This document shows, piece after piece, positions 45,241 through 55,030 of a stretch of DNA of 64,000 nt. This DNA comes from Candidatus Aminicenantes bacterium. Lineage in GTDB: Bacteria > Acidobacteriota > Aminicenantia > Aminicenantales > UBA4085. Numbering within the stretch: position 1 is the stretch's first letter; each line of letters starts with the position of its first letter. Under the pieces are notes generated by a model that saw nothing but the letters and a program-made list of their open reading frames with translations, did not search any database and was not told the origin of the DNA. The DNA lies in the NCBI GenBank assembly GCA_026393895.1, contig JAPKZG010000013.1, positions 14,556 through 78,555 on the forward strand, written 5' to 3'. The position numbers were made by a program, and so were the translations under genes.

Positions 45241-46143
45241 TTATTTCTTCGCGGCCAGGAGTTCGGCGACCCGGCCGGGGATGTCGGCCGCGGCGTCGAC
45301 GACATGGACGCCGACTTCCCGCAGCCGTTTGACCTTGCTCTCGTAGGATCCGCGATTGCCCTCGACGATGGCCCCGGCGTGGGAAAACCGCGTTCCGGAT
45401 TTGGCCGCCTTGCCGCCGATGAAGGCCACCAGCGGCTTCGTGAACTTCTTCTGCTCGATCAGGTCGGCGACTTGTTCCTCCTGCGTCGTGCCGATCTCGC
45501 CGAACACCGCCACAGCTTTCGTTTCCGGGTCCTGTTCGAACAATTCCATGACTTCGGGGTGGGACGTACCTACGATCGAGTCGCCTCCGACGTGGACGAT
45601 CGTGCTCAAACCCAGCCCGGCCCGGCTCAGATCGTAGGCGATGGCGGAGGTCATCCCGCCGCTGCGGGAACTGACGCCCACCGGCCCGGGTTGGAACCAT
45701 TCCCTCGCCCGCTGGGCCCGGCCGCCGATCATTCCCAAAACCGCCTTGCCCGGGACCAACAGGCCGAGGGTGTTCGGGCCTACGAACCGGGCCCCGGCCG
45801 ATTTGGCCGCGGCCGCGATTTCCAGGACGTCGTAGATCGGGACCCGGTCGGGGACGATCACGAGCAGTTTCACCCCGGCCGCCAGGGCTTCCAGGGCGGC
45901 GTTCTTCACCAACGCCGCAGGGACGAAGATGACGCTGGCGTCGATCGACCCGACCTTCTCGCAGGCCTCCTCGACGGCGTCGAAGACGGGAATGCCGTAA
46001 ACATCCCGGCCGCCACGGCCGGGCGTAACCCCGCCCAAGACGTTGGTACCGTAATCCTTCATCAACTGGGCCCGGACGATGCCTTCGCGGCCGGTGATCC
46101 CCTGGATCAGGACTTTGGTTTTTTCGTCGACTAAAATGGCCAT
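45241..46143 (-). CDS. succinyl-CoA synthetase alpha-subunit-like (CoA-binding; citryl-CoA synthetase small subunit candidate)
   Basis: 'LIQGITGREG', phospho-His loop 'RFSHAGAIV'; 300 aa. Confidence 0.75.
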   Translation of the reverse strand: MAILVDEKTKVLIQGITGREGIVRAQLMKDYGTNVLGGVTPGRGGRDVYGIPVFDAVEEACEKVGSIDASVIFVPAALVKNAALEALAAGVKLLVIVPDRVPIYDVLEIAAAAKSAGARFVGPNTLGLLVPGKAVLGMIGGRAQRAREWFQPGPVGVSSRSGGMTSAIAYDLSRAGLGLSTIVHVGGDSIVGTSHPEVMELFEQDPETKAVAVFGEIGTTQEEQVADLIEQKKFTKPLVAFIGGKAAKSGTRFSHAGAIVEGNRGSYESKVKRLREVGVHVVDAAADIPGRVAELLAAKK

Positions 46144-46159
46144 TGATTTATCCGTACGC

Positions 46160-47779
46160 TCAAGACTTTTTCCGGATCCGGTCGCGGTATTCCTTCAGGC
46201 CGGGAATCGGCAGCTGAATGAAGATCGCCTGTTTTTCGTGGTAATTGCAGAAGATCTCGCAGGCCAGGCACTCCGTGCACTTGCCCTTTTTCACCTCCGC
46301 CTCGGGAATGGCCAGGACGGGCTTGCCTTCCTCGTCGAGTTTGAGGATCTTCGGAACGCAGGCGCCGACGCAGCCCTTGGACGCGCAATGGAGGCATTGG
46401 GAATGGTCGAAGGAAATCCGGCCGGTGAACGTGGCGAAGGAATACGCGCTGGTCGGGACCCTCGGCTCCTCCATGGGTTGGACCTCATGGACCATGCCGC
46501 CGTCCTCGGCGATCATCCCCGCCAGCCGGGCCGCACATTTTTCGGGCGCGTCGTCCCGGCCGTATCCCTCGACTCGGCCGGGTAGGTCCTGGAGGTACGT
46601 GTCCAGGATCCGGATCGCTTCCTCTTCGAAATTTCCGCCGAGGCGGATGACGGCCGGAATGTTCAGCTGTTCCTCGGCGAAAGCCTTCACCAATCCGCGG
46701 GCCGAGTTGTATTGTTCCTGGGAGGCCGCGCCCGAGCCCGAGGCAAAGTACCCCATGAGACCGGCCTGGCTGAGGATGACCTTGGCCGCCCGGTATACTT
46801 TGCTCGCCGGGGGGTTGCCGCTGGTGTCGCAATAATCGGCGATTTTAAAGCCCTTGGCCAAAACGGCGTCCATGGACATCATCGAACCGCCGCCGCCGGC
46901 CCCGTGAAACCCGATCAGCGTCTCGCCGGGTTCGGCCTGGTCGGCCATCTGGAGAAAGTAAAACGTTCCGCGGTGGTCCTTTTCCTCGACCCTGTAGGCG
47001 ATCCGCTCAAGTTCGGTCGGGGGACGGTCGAATTCGCGGGCGACTTCGATGCCCAGCTCCGGATGGCGGTAGACGGCATAATCGTCGACGACCAGGTGGC
47101 AATCGGCCGCCAGGATCCGGCCGTCGGCCGTCCGGACCATGGGATTGATCTCGACCGAGCGGGCGTCGGCCGCCCGGGCGATCGCGGACAATTTCGTCAA
47201 TATGTCGGCGATCTGGACTAGGGTCGGTCCGGAGATCCCGGCCTTCCGGACCATGTTCAAGGCCTCGAATTCGCGAAGGCCGGTGCGGACGTCGATCAAC
47301 CGGCGGACGATCCGGTCGGGGTGGAGACGGGCGATTTCCTCCACCCCCGTCCCGCCGACGGAGCTGAAAACGAGGAGGGGGCACTTGGCCGCGTCGTCCA
47401 TGACGATCCCGGCGAAATATTCGAACTCGATGGCCAGTTTTTCCTCGACCAGAACACGGTCGACGACATAGTTATTGACCTTCATTCCGAGCAGGGACGC
47501 GGCTTTCGCCTCGGCTTCGGCGGGCGAATCGGCAAACTGAATGCCGCCGAGACCGGCCCGGCCGGTCACCCAGACCTGGATCTTCAAAACGACCGGGCGG
47601 CCAAGCCGTTCGGCGATCGCCCGGGCTTCGGCCGGAGAGGAGGCGACGGCGCCCTCGGGAACGGGGACGCCGCCTTCGCGGAGGAGCTTTTTACTCTGAT
47701 ATTCATATAAGCGGGCCAAGGGAATCTCTCCACCAATGATTGAATCGACAGTATAGCGAAAATCCGCCGTTTTCGCCAA
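46160..47779 (-). CDS. ATP-grasp succinyl-CoA synthetase beta-like subunit with C-terminal 2x[4Fe-4S] ferredoxin domain
   Basis: 'LYEYQSKKLL' SucC-like N-term; C-terminal 'CLHCASKGCVGACVP' and 'CTECLACEIFC' ferredoxin motifs; 539 aa. Confidence 0.65.
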   Translation of the reverse strand: MAKTADFRYTVDSIIGGEIPLARLYEYQSKKLLREGGVPVPEGAVASSPAEARAIAERLGRPVVLKIQVWVTGRAGLGGIQFADSPAEAEAKAASLLGMKVNNYVVDRVLVEEKLAIEFEYFAGIVMDDAAKCPLLVFSSVGGTGVEEIARLHPDRIVRRLIDVRTGLREFEALNMVRKAGISGPTLVQIADILTKLSAIARAADARSVEINPMVRTADGRILAADCHLVVDDYAVYRHPELGIEVAREFDRPPTELERIAYRVEEKDHRGTFYFLQMADQAEPGETLIGFHGAGGGGSMMSMDAVLAKGFKIADYCDTSGNPPASKVYRAAKVILSQAGLMGYFASGSGAASQEQYNSARGLVKAFAEEQLNIPAVIRLGGNFEEEAIRILDTYLQDLPGRVEGYGRDDAPEKCAARLAGMIAEDGGMVHEVQPMEEPRVPTSAYSFATFTGRISFDHSQCLHCASKGCVGACVPKILKLDEEGKPVLAIPEAEVKKGKCTECLACEIFCNYHEKQAIFIQLPIPGLKEYRDRIRKKS

Positions 47780-47925
47780 TATCCCGGACCTGTCCGGAAG
47801 GTCGGGATGGGGGCCGGACCGAAGGCCGGCCGTTCTGCCGAAGACTCCGGACGGCCGCGTGGTTCATTGACTTCATTCTCCCGTCTTTATATATTATTAA
47901 CAACGCTGGGATTAGAGCAAACCGG

Positions 47926-50900
47926 ATGAGCGCTTCAGCCGAGGGAAAGACCTGCCCGAAGTGCCAGGCCTTCAATTTTTCCGGCGACGTTTTTTGTTTC
48001 AATTGCGGGACGAATCTCGGAGACCAGGGGACTCTTTCCCTGCCCGGAGCACCGGGTCCCTCCCCGGCGGCGGCCGATCTTCCGGATTTGCCTTCCGGGA
48101 CGCGTTTCGCCGACAGGTATCTTATCATCGAAGAAATCGGGTGCGGGAGCATGGGCCGGGTCTTCAAGGCCAAGGACCTGAAGCTGGACCAGACCGTCGT
48201 CCTGAAGATGATCCGGCCGGAGCATTCTTCGAGTCCGATGGTCGTCAACCTCTTTAAAAAAGAAACGTCGCTGGCCCGGTCCCTCTCCCAGGAAAACATC
48301 ATCCGCGTCTTCGACCTGGGCGAAAGCCAGGGGGTGACCTTCATCTCCATGGAATATGTCCCCGGGCAGAATCTCGAGCAGCTCCTGCAAGCTTCCGGGA
48401 CATTGACCGAGGCCACAGCCGTATCCATCACCCGCCAGATATGCCGGGCCCTGGACGCGGCCCACAAACGGGGGATCATCCATCGGGACCTCAAACCTCA
48501 AAACATCCTGATCGACGCCAACGGCCGGGTTCGGGTGGCCGATTTCGGGTTGGCCCAAACCATTGAGGTTTCGTCCAAAAATGTTCCGGGCCGCATCGTT
48601 GGCACTCCGGCATATCTGTCTCCCGAGCAGGCCCGAGGAGAGGAGGCCGACGCCCGCTCCGACATTTACGCCCTGGGCGTCATCATGTACGAGATACTGA
48701 CCGGCCGTAAGCCCTTTACGGCCGATACCATTGCGGGGTATCTCGAAAAGCACCTCCATGAAAAACCGAAGTCGCCCAAAACCTGGAATCCGGGCCTCTC
48801 TCACCGCTTGGAGATGACGATTCTCCGTTGCCTGGAAAAAGACCCGGACAAGCGCTTCCCGAGCGCCGGACGGGTCTTACAAACCCTGGAGGAGCGGCGG
48901 CTGCCGGCTTCGGCGGACGCGACCAAATCGCGTCGCCGTAACAGAAACCGGTTTGTCGTCTCCGCGGCCGCCCTCGGCCTTACCGCGCTCGGAATTTACT
49001 TTTTTTTCCTCCGCAACCCCGCCCCCCCCGCTCCTTCAAGCGACCGTACATCCGTGGCGGTCATGTACTTTGAGAACAACACCGGAGACCCGAACCTCGA
49101 ATACCTGCGCAAGGGGTTGTGCTACCAGGTCATCCAATCCCTCCTCCAATCCGCGCGCCTGCGGGTCATCACCACCGACCGGTTGTTCGACATCCTGAGA
49201 GACCGGAATCTTCTCGGGAACGAAACCTACTCCACTAATGACCTTAAAAAAGTGGCCGAGCGGGCCCAGGTTCGGTATATCCTTCAGGGCAACTACGCTA
49301 AAATAGGCCGAATGTACAAGGTCAACTCGTTCCTGCTCGACACGAACACCTGGGAATCGGCCGGATCCATCCAAAGCGAAGTGGAGGACCTGAATCAACT
49401 GAACTCCGTGGTCGAACGGATGACCCCGGAGATCAAGGCCGCTCTTCCGATTCCCCGCGACCAAATATCCGCGGAATCCGCCCGACGCCTCGATAAAATC
49501 ACGACGAGTTCCCCCGAAGCTCTCACGCATTACATCGAGGGGGAAACGCTCTTCAAGGAAGGAAAGTTCCGGAAAAGCTCCGACGCCTATCGCCAAGCGA
49601 TCGCTCTCGACCCCGAATTCGCCCGGGCTTACATGAACCTCGCCGAAAACTCTTTGACGCTGGGGTTGCGGGCCGAAGCTAGAACCCAAGTGGAAAAAGC
49701 GATCGACCTGGCCGCCGCCGGCCGGGCCTCACTTCGCGATCAGCTTCTATTCCAGGGATTTTACAGCATGACTTTCGGGACGTCCGTTCGGGAAGCCGTC
49801 AAACATTATCAAAAGCTCCTCTCCCTCTACCCGGACGATGAGGACGGCCTGATATTCCTCGGATCCCTCTATCGAACTCTTGAGGAATGGGACCTGTCCC
49901 GGGAATGCTTTGAACGGCTTCTTCGGCATAATAAATTCAACCCCGTGATTTACATCAACCTTTCCACGATTTACATGGCCCGGGGTTTCTATGCAAAGGC
50001 GGCCGACATCCTTCCTTCCGACCCCGATCGATTATCCGAATCCTTTCGCAATTTTTATCTCAGCCTTGTGTATCTTTGTCAGGGCCGATATGAAGAAGCG
50101 TTGGCCGAAATCGAAAATAAACTGAAGCCGGAGCCGGAGCGGCTCGGAAATCTTCTCATGAGGGGGAATATCCGCCAACTCAAAGGAGACCTCGCTTCGG
50201 CCGAGTCCGACTATCTTCAGGTCTTCAAAAACTCCGACATCGGCATGCAAACCCTCGGATTGAGCTCCCTGGCTCATCTGTACCTCCAGGAAGGCCGCTT
50301 CATAGAATACCGGGTTTTGATCGCCCAGGGGATCGGCCTCGCAAAAAAAACGGACATGAAGGAAGACGAATTCTACTTTCGTGCTCGTGAAGCCTCCGAA
50401 ATCGCCTCCCGGGGTGATTACGCCACAGCCGAAGAAAGCGCCCTCCAGGCCGTCCGTTTGGCCGAGGAGTTGGATGACATGAATTTTCGAGCCGAAGCCC
50501 TGAACCTTCTCGGAAAACTCCAGGCCGCCCGGGGGAAAAAGGCCGAAGCCGAAAAGACCGGAGACCAACTCAAGCGACTCATCGATGAAACCGGGCGAAA
50601 TTATCTGCTGAGATATTATCATCATTTAAAGGGGATGATCGCGCTAGCCGAAGGGGATCTTGCCTCGGCTTCGGATTATTGCCGAAAGGCGGGCGAAGGG
50701 CTGCCGTTTGAAAATAATACGTACACTGATATGCACGCATATTTTGACGAATCCCGGGCCAAGATCGCCGAGGAAGCCGGAGATACGGACAAGGCGATTT
50801 CCCTTTTCCGGGTCCTCATCGCCCGAACTTCGGGACGGCTCTGTTACGGCGATTTATTTGTCCGGAGCTACTATCGCCTGGGAAAACTGTTGCTCAAGAA

Positions 50901-51060
50901 AAATCTCCGGGCCGAGGCCGCCGACGCCTTCGAGACGTTCCTCCGGATGTGGGCCGGGGCCGATCCCGGTCTGGCCGAAGTGACCGACGCCCGGGCCGAG
51001 TTGGCCGCCCTCAAGTCCCCCGTTCGGCCGCCTGCGCCCAAAACAACTCCCGCTGTTTGA
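47926..51060 (+). CDS. Ser/Thr protein kinase with N-terminal zinc ribbon, TM segment and C-terminal TPR repeats
   Basis: Zn-ribbon 'CPKCQ...CFNCG'; kinase 'HRDLKPQNIL', 'DFGLA', 'GTPAYLSPEQ'; long TPR region; ATG at 47926. Confidence 0.8.
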   Translation: MSASAEGKTCPKCQAFNFSGDVFCFNCGTNLGDQGTLSLPGAPGPSPAAADLPDLPSGTRFADRYLIIEEIGCGSMGRVFKAKDLKLDQTVVLKMIRPEHSSSPMVVNLFKKETSLARSLSQENIIRVFDLGESQGVTFISMEYVPGQNLEQLLQASGTLTEATAVSITRQICRALDAAHKRGIIHRDLKPQNILIDANGRVRVADFGLAQTIEVSSKNVPGRIVGTPAYLSPEQARGEEADARSDIYALGVIMYEILTGRKPFTADTIAGYLEKHLHEKPKSPKTWNPGLSHRLEMTILRCLEKDPDKRFPSAGRVLQTLEERRLPASADATKSRRRNRNRFVVSAAALGLTALGIYFFFLRNPAPPAPSSDRTSVAVMYFENNTGDPNLEYLRKGLCYQVIQSLLQSARLRVITTDRLFDILRDRNLLGNETYSTNDLKKVAERAQVRYILQGNYAKIGRMYKVNSFLLDTNTWESAGSIQSEVEDLNQLNSVVERMTPEIKAALPIPRDQISAESARRLDKITTSSPEALTHYIEGETLFKEGKFRKSSDAYRQAIALDPEFARAYMNLAENSLTLGLRAEARTQVEKAIDLAAAGRASLRDQLLFQGFYSMTFGTSVREAVKHYQKLLSLYPDDEDGLIFLGSLYRTLEEWDLSRECFERLLRHNKFNPVIYINLSTIYMARGFYAKAADILPSDPDRLSESFRNFYLSLVYLCQGRYEEALAEIENKLKPEPERLGNLLMRGNIRQLKGDLASAESDYLQVFKNSDIGMQTLGLSSLAHLYLQEGRFIEYRVLIAQGIGLAKKTDMKEDEFYFRAREASEIASRGDYATAEESALQAVRLAEELDDMNFRAEALNLLGKLQAARGKKAEAEKTGDQLKRLIDETGRNYLLRYYHHLKGMIALAEGDLASASDYCRKAGEGLPFENNTYTDMHAYFDESRAKIAEEAGDTDKAISLFRVLIARTSGRLCYGDLFVRSYYRLGKLLLKKNLRAEAADAFETFLRMWAGADPGLAEVTDARAELAALKSPVRPPAPKTTPAV

Positions 51061-52123
51061 TCAAAATCCGGTTGATCCGGCAGACGGCAACCGGGATCAT
51101 CCCGATTTTCCCGCTCTTCAAAGAGGCGGCGGGGGGACAGAACGCGCAGCGGTCGAGATACGGACAATTCCCGCAGGCCCGTTCGGACGTCTCGGCCCAA
51201 TCCATCCGTCCGCGGGCGTATTGGACGAGGACGTTCTTGTCGAGGTCCCCGGCGGATCGGAGAAAATCTCCGACCGTCCCGAAACAAAAACGGCGGGCCA
51301 CGTCCGCGGTCGGATGGACCCTGAAAAAATCCGCATAAAAATAACAGCCCCACAACCGCCCGTCGGGCGCCAGGGCGAGGCGGTCCCGCCCCGCCGAGCA
51401 ACCGAAAACACCGGAAGCGGCCGGGTGCCGGAAATTGATGAGCGGCATAGTCCGGCGGGCCCGCGGAAGGCGAAGAAAATATTTCCGGACCGACCGAAGC
51501 TCATGGGACAGCCGGTCCAGGGATCTTTTCCGCCACTCGACCTGATAATCAAACGACAGGAGCATGTTCGGGATTTTCCGTTCGGCGATATAGGCGATCG
51601 ATTTCGAAAGCAACCCTACGGTCCGGGGGCCGAAGACACTGTTCGTGGCCGGTTTGATACCCGGGTAACGGGGAAGGTCGTCAAGCAGCGATGACAATAT
51701 CCGGAAGCTTCCTTTCTGTCTTTCTTTTTCCTGGGCCAATCCGTCAAAGCTCAACATCAACTCGAAGCGGCGCTCGTTTAAAAAAGACAGAATCTCCGGG
51801 CTGAGAAGGGCGCCGTTGGTGGTCAGAACGTAGCGCAAGCGTTTCCGGGAACTTCGGTTCTCTTTCTCCAGACGCAGAACCGCCCGGCGGACCAGATCGA
51901 AAGCAAGGAGCGGTTCTCCGCCGTAAAACTGGATCACGGAGGAAGCGGACAAGAAGGGAAAAACCGCGGCACAGGCTTTGTCCAGGATTTTCCCCTCAAG
52001 AACCCTTGTGCCCCGGCGTTGATAACAATAACCGCAATGCCAAGGGCATCGCTCAGTCAGAATCAGCGAAAATGCGGAAAACTTCCCCTTGCCGGGAGGT
52101 TCCTTCAACGGCGGCCGGCTCAC
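51011..52123 (-). CDS. radical SAM / SPASM-domain enzyme (anSME-like peptide-modifying maturase)
   Basis: 'CPWHCGYC' CxxxCxxC; C-terminal Cys clusters 'CGNCPYLDRCAFCPP'; 370 aa. Confidence 0.75.
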   Translation of the reverse strand: MSRPPLKEPPGKGKFSAFSLILTERCPWHCGYCYQRRGTRVLEGKILDKACAAVFPFLSASSVIQFYGGEPLLAFDLVRRAVLRLEKENRSSRKRLRYVLTTNGALLSPEILSFLNERRFELMLSFDGLAQEKERQKGSFRILSSLLDDLPRYPGIKPATNSVFGPRTVGLLSKSIAYIAERKIPNMLLSFDYQVEWRKRSLDRLSHELRSVRKYFLRLPRARRTMPLINFRHPAASGVFGCSAGRDRLALAPDGRLWGCYFYADFFRVHPTADVARRFCFGTVGDFLRSAGDLDKNVLVQYARGRMDWAETSERACGNCPYLDRCAFCPPAASLKSGKIGMIPVAVCRINRILIKQRELFWAQAAERGT

Positions 52124-52141
52124 GGATTGGGGCGACGATAT

Positions 52142-52405
52142 TTATTTTTTAAAAAGCGTGACCACGATCGGGGGGACGATCGGATACTGCACACCACACC
52201 CGTGGTGCAGCATGTATGTTCCGGTCAAAACATTTTTATCTTTAAAGAGCCCATCCAGTTTAATAATGCATTTAAGGGCTTGGGCATAACGGTCCTTTTG
52301 GATCCTTGTGGCGTCCCGACCCGGTTTTTCCTTCCGAAGGTAGTCCTTGATGTACGCCACCAAGGGGTAGAAGTTGTCAATCTTGACGGGTTTTTTTCTT
52401 TTCAT
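52142..52405 (-). CDS. small protein (87 aa) immediately upstream of radical SAM/SPASM gene; candidate precursor peptide
   Basis: Position and size; C-terminal 'HHGCGVQYPIVPPIVV'; lower GC than flanks. Confidence 0.35.
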   Translation of the reverse strand: MKRKKPVKIDNFYPLVAYIKDYLRKEKPGRDATRIQKDRYAQALKCIIKLDGLFKDKNVLTGTYMLHHGCGVQYPIVPPIVVTLFKK

Positions 52406-52513
52406 GGGATCCCTCCTGATGGCCTCATCATGCGCTGAAGAAAAACGTTTGTCAACCGCATCAAGTCCGATTTTCCGGCTTCTTAGCGTAAGGGAAAAAG
52501 GGTCGAAGGGAAA

Positions 52514-55030
52514 TCAATTCCTCCGGCCGGCGGGTTTTCCAGACGGAGAAGGCCGAGCTTTCGCCCCCTGTCGTCCGCTTCCGAGTTTTGCCGGCGGGGG
52601 AACGGCGGCTTCGATTTTCATCCGGACTTCGCGCAAGGCCTCGGTCAGGCGTTTGGCCGAGACCGGACCGGCGGTCCCGATTTCGGGAGCGAACACCGCG
52701 ATTTTATATTCCTCGATCAGCCAACGAACTTCGTCCAAAGCCGCCCGGATTTCGGCCGGCTCCGCGGTCCCAAATCTTTTATTGAGCCCGGCCAGCGACT
52801 CGGCGAACGGAGCTATTTCGGCCGCTTTATTCCGGTCCTTTTCGGGGCTGTTTTTAGCCCGTTCGGCCCGGATCCGGAGCGCTTCAAGATAAGCGGGCAG
52901 CCGGTCGAGGCGGCCGGGCGGATAGATTTCGGCGAAATTCCGGGGCATCAAAGTTTCCAGTTCTGCCCGGATCGTCTCGACGAGCCCCTCGACCGCCTTG
53001 TTCCCCTGGTGGGTCATACCGATCGTATAAAGATCTGCCCGGACACCCTGATACCCGGCGAGCGCGCGTTTAACCGTTTCCATAAGAAGCTGGCCTTCGG
53101 CGAAAAGCGTTTTTACGAGACCGTCGGCGAAGGCCTGGCCTTCCGCCCGGTCCCGGATGTCCTTGCGGAACACCCGGACGCGGAGAGCTTCGAGCAGGGA
53201 TTTTTCGACCGCTGCTTTTCCGCCGAAATAAAGCGCCGCCCGCTGATGCTCCTCGGGAAAGACCAGAACCCGCTCCATAAATTTCAGGTCGCGGGCAAAT
53301 TTCCGGGAGAGCAGGGCTTCGACACCGCGCGGATGGGCCGCCGCGGCCTCCTCCGCGGTTTTATAGAGCCGGAGACCGACGTCTTTCGGCCCGGAAACGA
53401 GCGCGGGGTAGGCTGAAACGCCGCCGCCAATCCTGATTTCCACGGGAATCGAGTCCCAGTCCCAATCCGCGACGGCCGGCCGTTCCCATTGTTCGCAGAC
53501 TTTTTTCCAGGAAAATGAGCCGGTGTCGGCCACCGGCGCTTTCGGCCGTAAGCCAAGGAGCGGACCGTAATCCCGGCCGGAGGAGACTTCGTTGTCGGCC
53601 GCGTCCAGAACGGACAGCCGGATCTTCAAATGCTTCGGCATGTCGACGGCTTCCCAAATTTCGGCCGGGACTTCGGCCCGGAACCTGCGCCGGACGAATT
53701 CGGAAAGAGCCGCGGACAACGAACCCGGAGTCCGGGGCATTTCCCGGATGATCACGTCCGCCCGTTCGGCCGCCGGAACGAGCGTTTTCCGGTAGCGTTG
53801 AGGAAGCCCCTTGACCAGGGCGTGGATTTTCTCCCGGAAATAACCCGGAATCCCCCATTCGAGGGTCCCGATTTCGAGTTGGGGCAGGACGTCCGCCTTG
53901 ACCCTGATCGTCGCCCCGTCGTCCTCGGCGCCCGGAAGGAACCGGTATTGCACCCGGATTCTCCGGCCGCCGAAATTCAACTCGTCGGGATAGAGAGCGA
54001 CTTCGAAGACCGCGGGCCGGGACCGGACGACGTCCTCCTCGCTCATGAAGAGAAACGACTCCCCGCCTTGTTTTTCGATGAATTTGCGGAGGCCCTTGAG
54101 GTCATAGATCCCGGCCAGGCGCTCGGCATAGAAATTCGCGGCCTCGGCCTCGGGAACGACGATATCCCGCCGGCGCATTTTTTCCTCGAGCGCCTCGAAT
54201 CGGGCGCGCAGTTCCAGGTTGTGTTTGAGAAACCCGGGCGGTTCCTTCACCTGCCCGGCGAGCAACGCATCGCGGAAAAAAATTTTCCCGGCGGCCTCCG
54301 GGTCGACCGGGCCGTACGGCAATTCCCGGCGCGAAACGATCTCCAGGCCGAAGAGGGTCACCCTCTCGTCCGCCCGGACTTCTCCCCTGTTCCTGTCCCA
54401 GCGGGGATTTTCATACGCTCGCTGACAGAGATCACCGGCCAGGGCTTCGAGCCAGCCGGGCTCGATCCGGGCCGCCGTCCTCACGTAGAGCCGGCCGGTC
54501 TGGACGATCTCGGCCGCGACGATCCACACCGGAGGTTTCCCGAACAGGGACGAACCCGGAAAGAGCATAGCTTCCCGGCCGCGGGCGGCCGTATACATCT
54601 TTCCTTCCTTGAGGACGGCGACGTGAGACAACAACCCGGCGGCCGCGGCGCGGTGGATCGCGCCGTAGAGTTGTTTGGACATCGGAACGGGTTTGGATCG
54701 GCCGGGGGGGAATTTCTGCTCCCGGAGGATTTCGAGGATTTGGTCGTGGATGTAGACCCATTCCCGCATCCGCGGGAAGGACAGGAAATGTTCGCGACAG
54801 AACCGCCGCTTTTGGGTCGTGGAGCGGAGGCCCTCCCAGTCGCCGTGATAGCGGTCCCAGATGTTGAGGAGCGTCAGAAAGTCGGAATCGGGTTCGCGGA
54901 ACGGCGCGTGGCAGGAGTCGGCCTGAGCGGCTTTTTCGAGGGGCCGTTCGCGGGGATCGCGGATGCTGAGGGCCGAGGCGACGACCGCGGCCTCCCTCAG
55001 GCAATTCTCGGAAACGGCTTCGATCAACAT
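52514..55030 (-). CDS. hrpA: ATP-dependent RNA helicase HrpA, C-terminal part (HA2/OB/DUF3418-like)
   Basis: 'EAAVVASALSIRDPRERP' matches HrpA HA2 region; 838 aa. Confidence 0.8.
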   Translation of the reverse strand: MLIEAVSENCLREAAVVASALSIRDPRERPLEKAAQADSCHAPFREPDSDFLTLLNIWDRYHGDWEGLRSTTQKRRFCREHFLSFPRMREWVYIHDQILEILREQKFPPGRSKPVPMSKQLYGAIHRAAAAGLLSHVAVLKEGKMYTAARGREAMLFPGSSLFGKPPVWIVAAEIVQTGRLYVRTAARIEPGWLEALAGDLCQRAYENPRWDRNRGEVRADERVTLFGLEIVSRRELPYGPVDPEAAGKIFFRDALLAGQVKEPPGFLKHNLELRARFEALEEKMRRRDIVVPEAEAANFYAERLAGIYDLKGLRKFIEKQGGESFLFMSEEDVVRSRPAVFEVALYPDELNFGGRRIRVQYRFLPGAEDDGATIRVKADVLPQLEIGTLEWGIPGYFREKIHALVKGLPQRYRKTLVPAAERADVIIREMPRTPGSLSAALSEFVRRRFRAEVPAEIWEAVDMPKHLKIRLSVLDAADNEVSSGRDYGPLLGLRPKAPVADTGSFSWKKVCEQWERPAVADWDWDSIPVEIRIGGGVSAYPALVSGPKDVGLRLYKTAEEAAAAHPRGVEALLSRKFARDLKFMERVLVFPEEHQRAALYFGGKAAVEKSLLEALRVRVFRKDIRDRAEGQAFADGLVKTLFAEGQLLMETVKRALAGYQGVRADLYTIGMTHQGNKAVEGLVETIRAELETLMPRNFAEIYPPGRLDRLPAYLEALRIRAERAKNSPEKDRNKAAEIAPFAESLAGLNKRFGTAEPAEIRAALDEVRWLIEEYKIAVFAPEIGTAGPVSAKRLTEALREVRMKIEAAVPPPAKLGSGRQGAKARPSPSGKPAGRRN

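Noticed and set aside
44420-45700. 426-aa ORF implying a long N-terminal domain on citryl-CoA lyase
   Set aside because: The upstream 160 aa are Arg/Gly/Pro shadow translation overlapping the alpha-subunit gene. The conserved start 'MPENTEKW' is at 45205.
55024-55030. Considered programmed frameshift in hrpA
   Set aside because: There is no slippery heptamer or downstream structure. The ATGTTGA stop/start overlap and the missing roughly 50 aa point to a split gene, a pseudogene or an indel instead.
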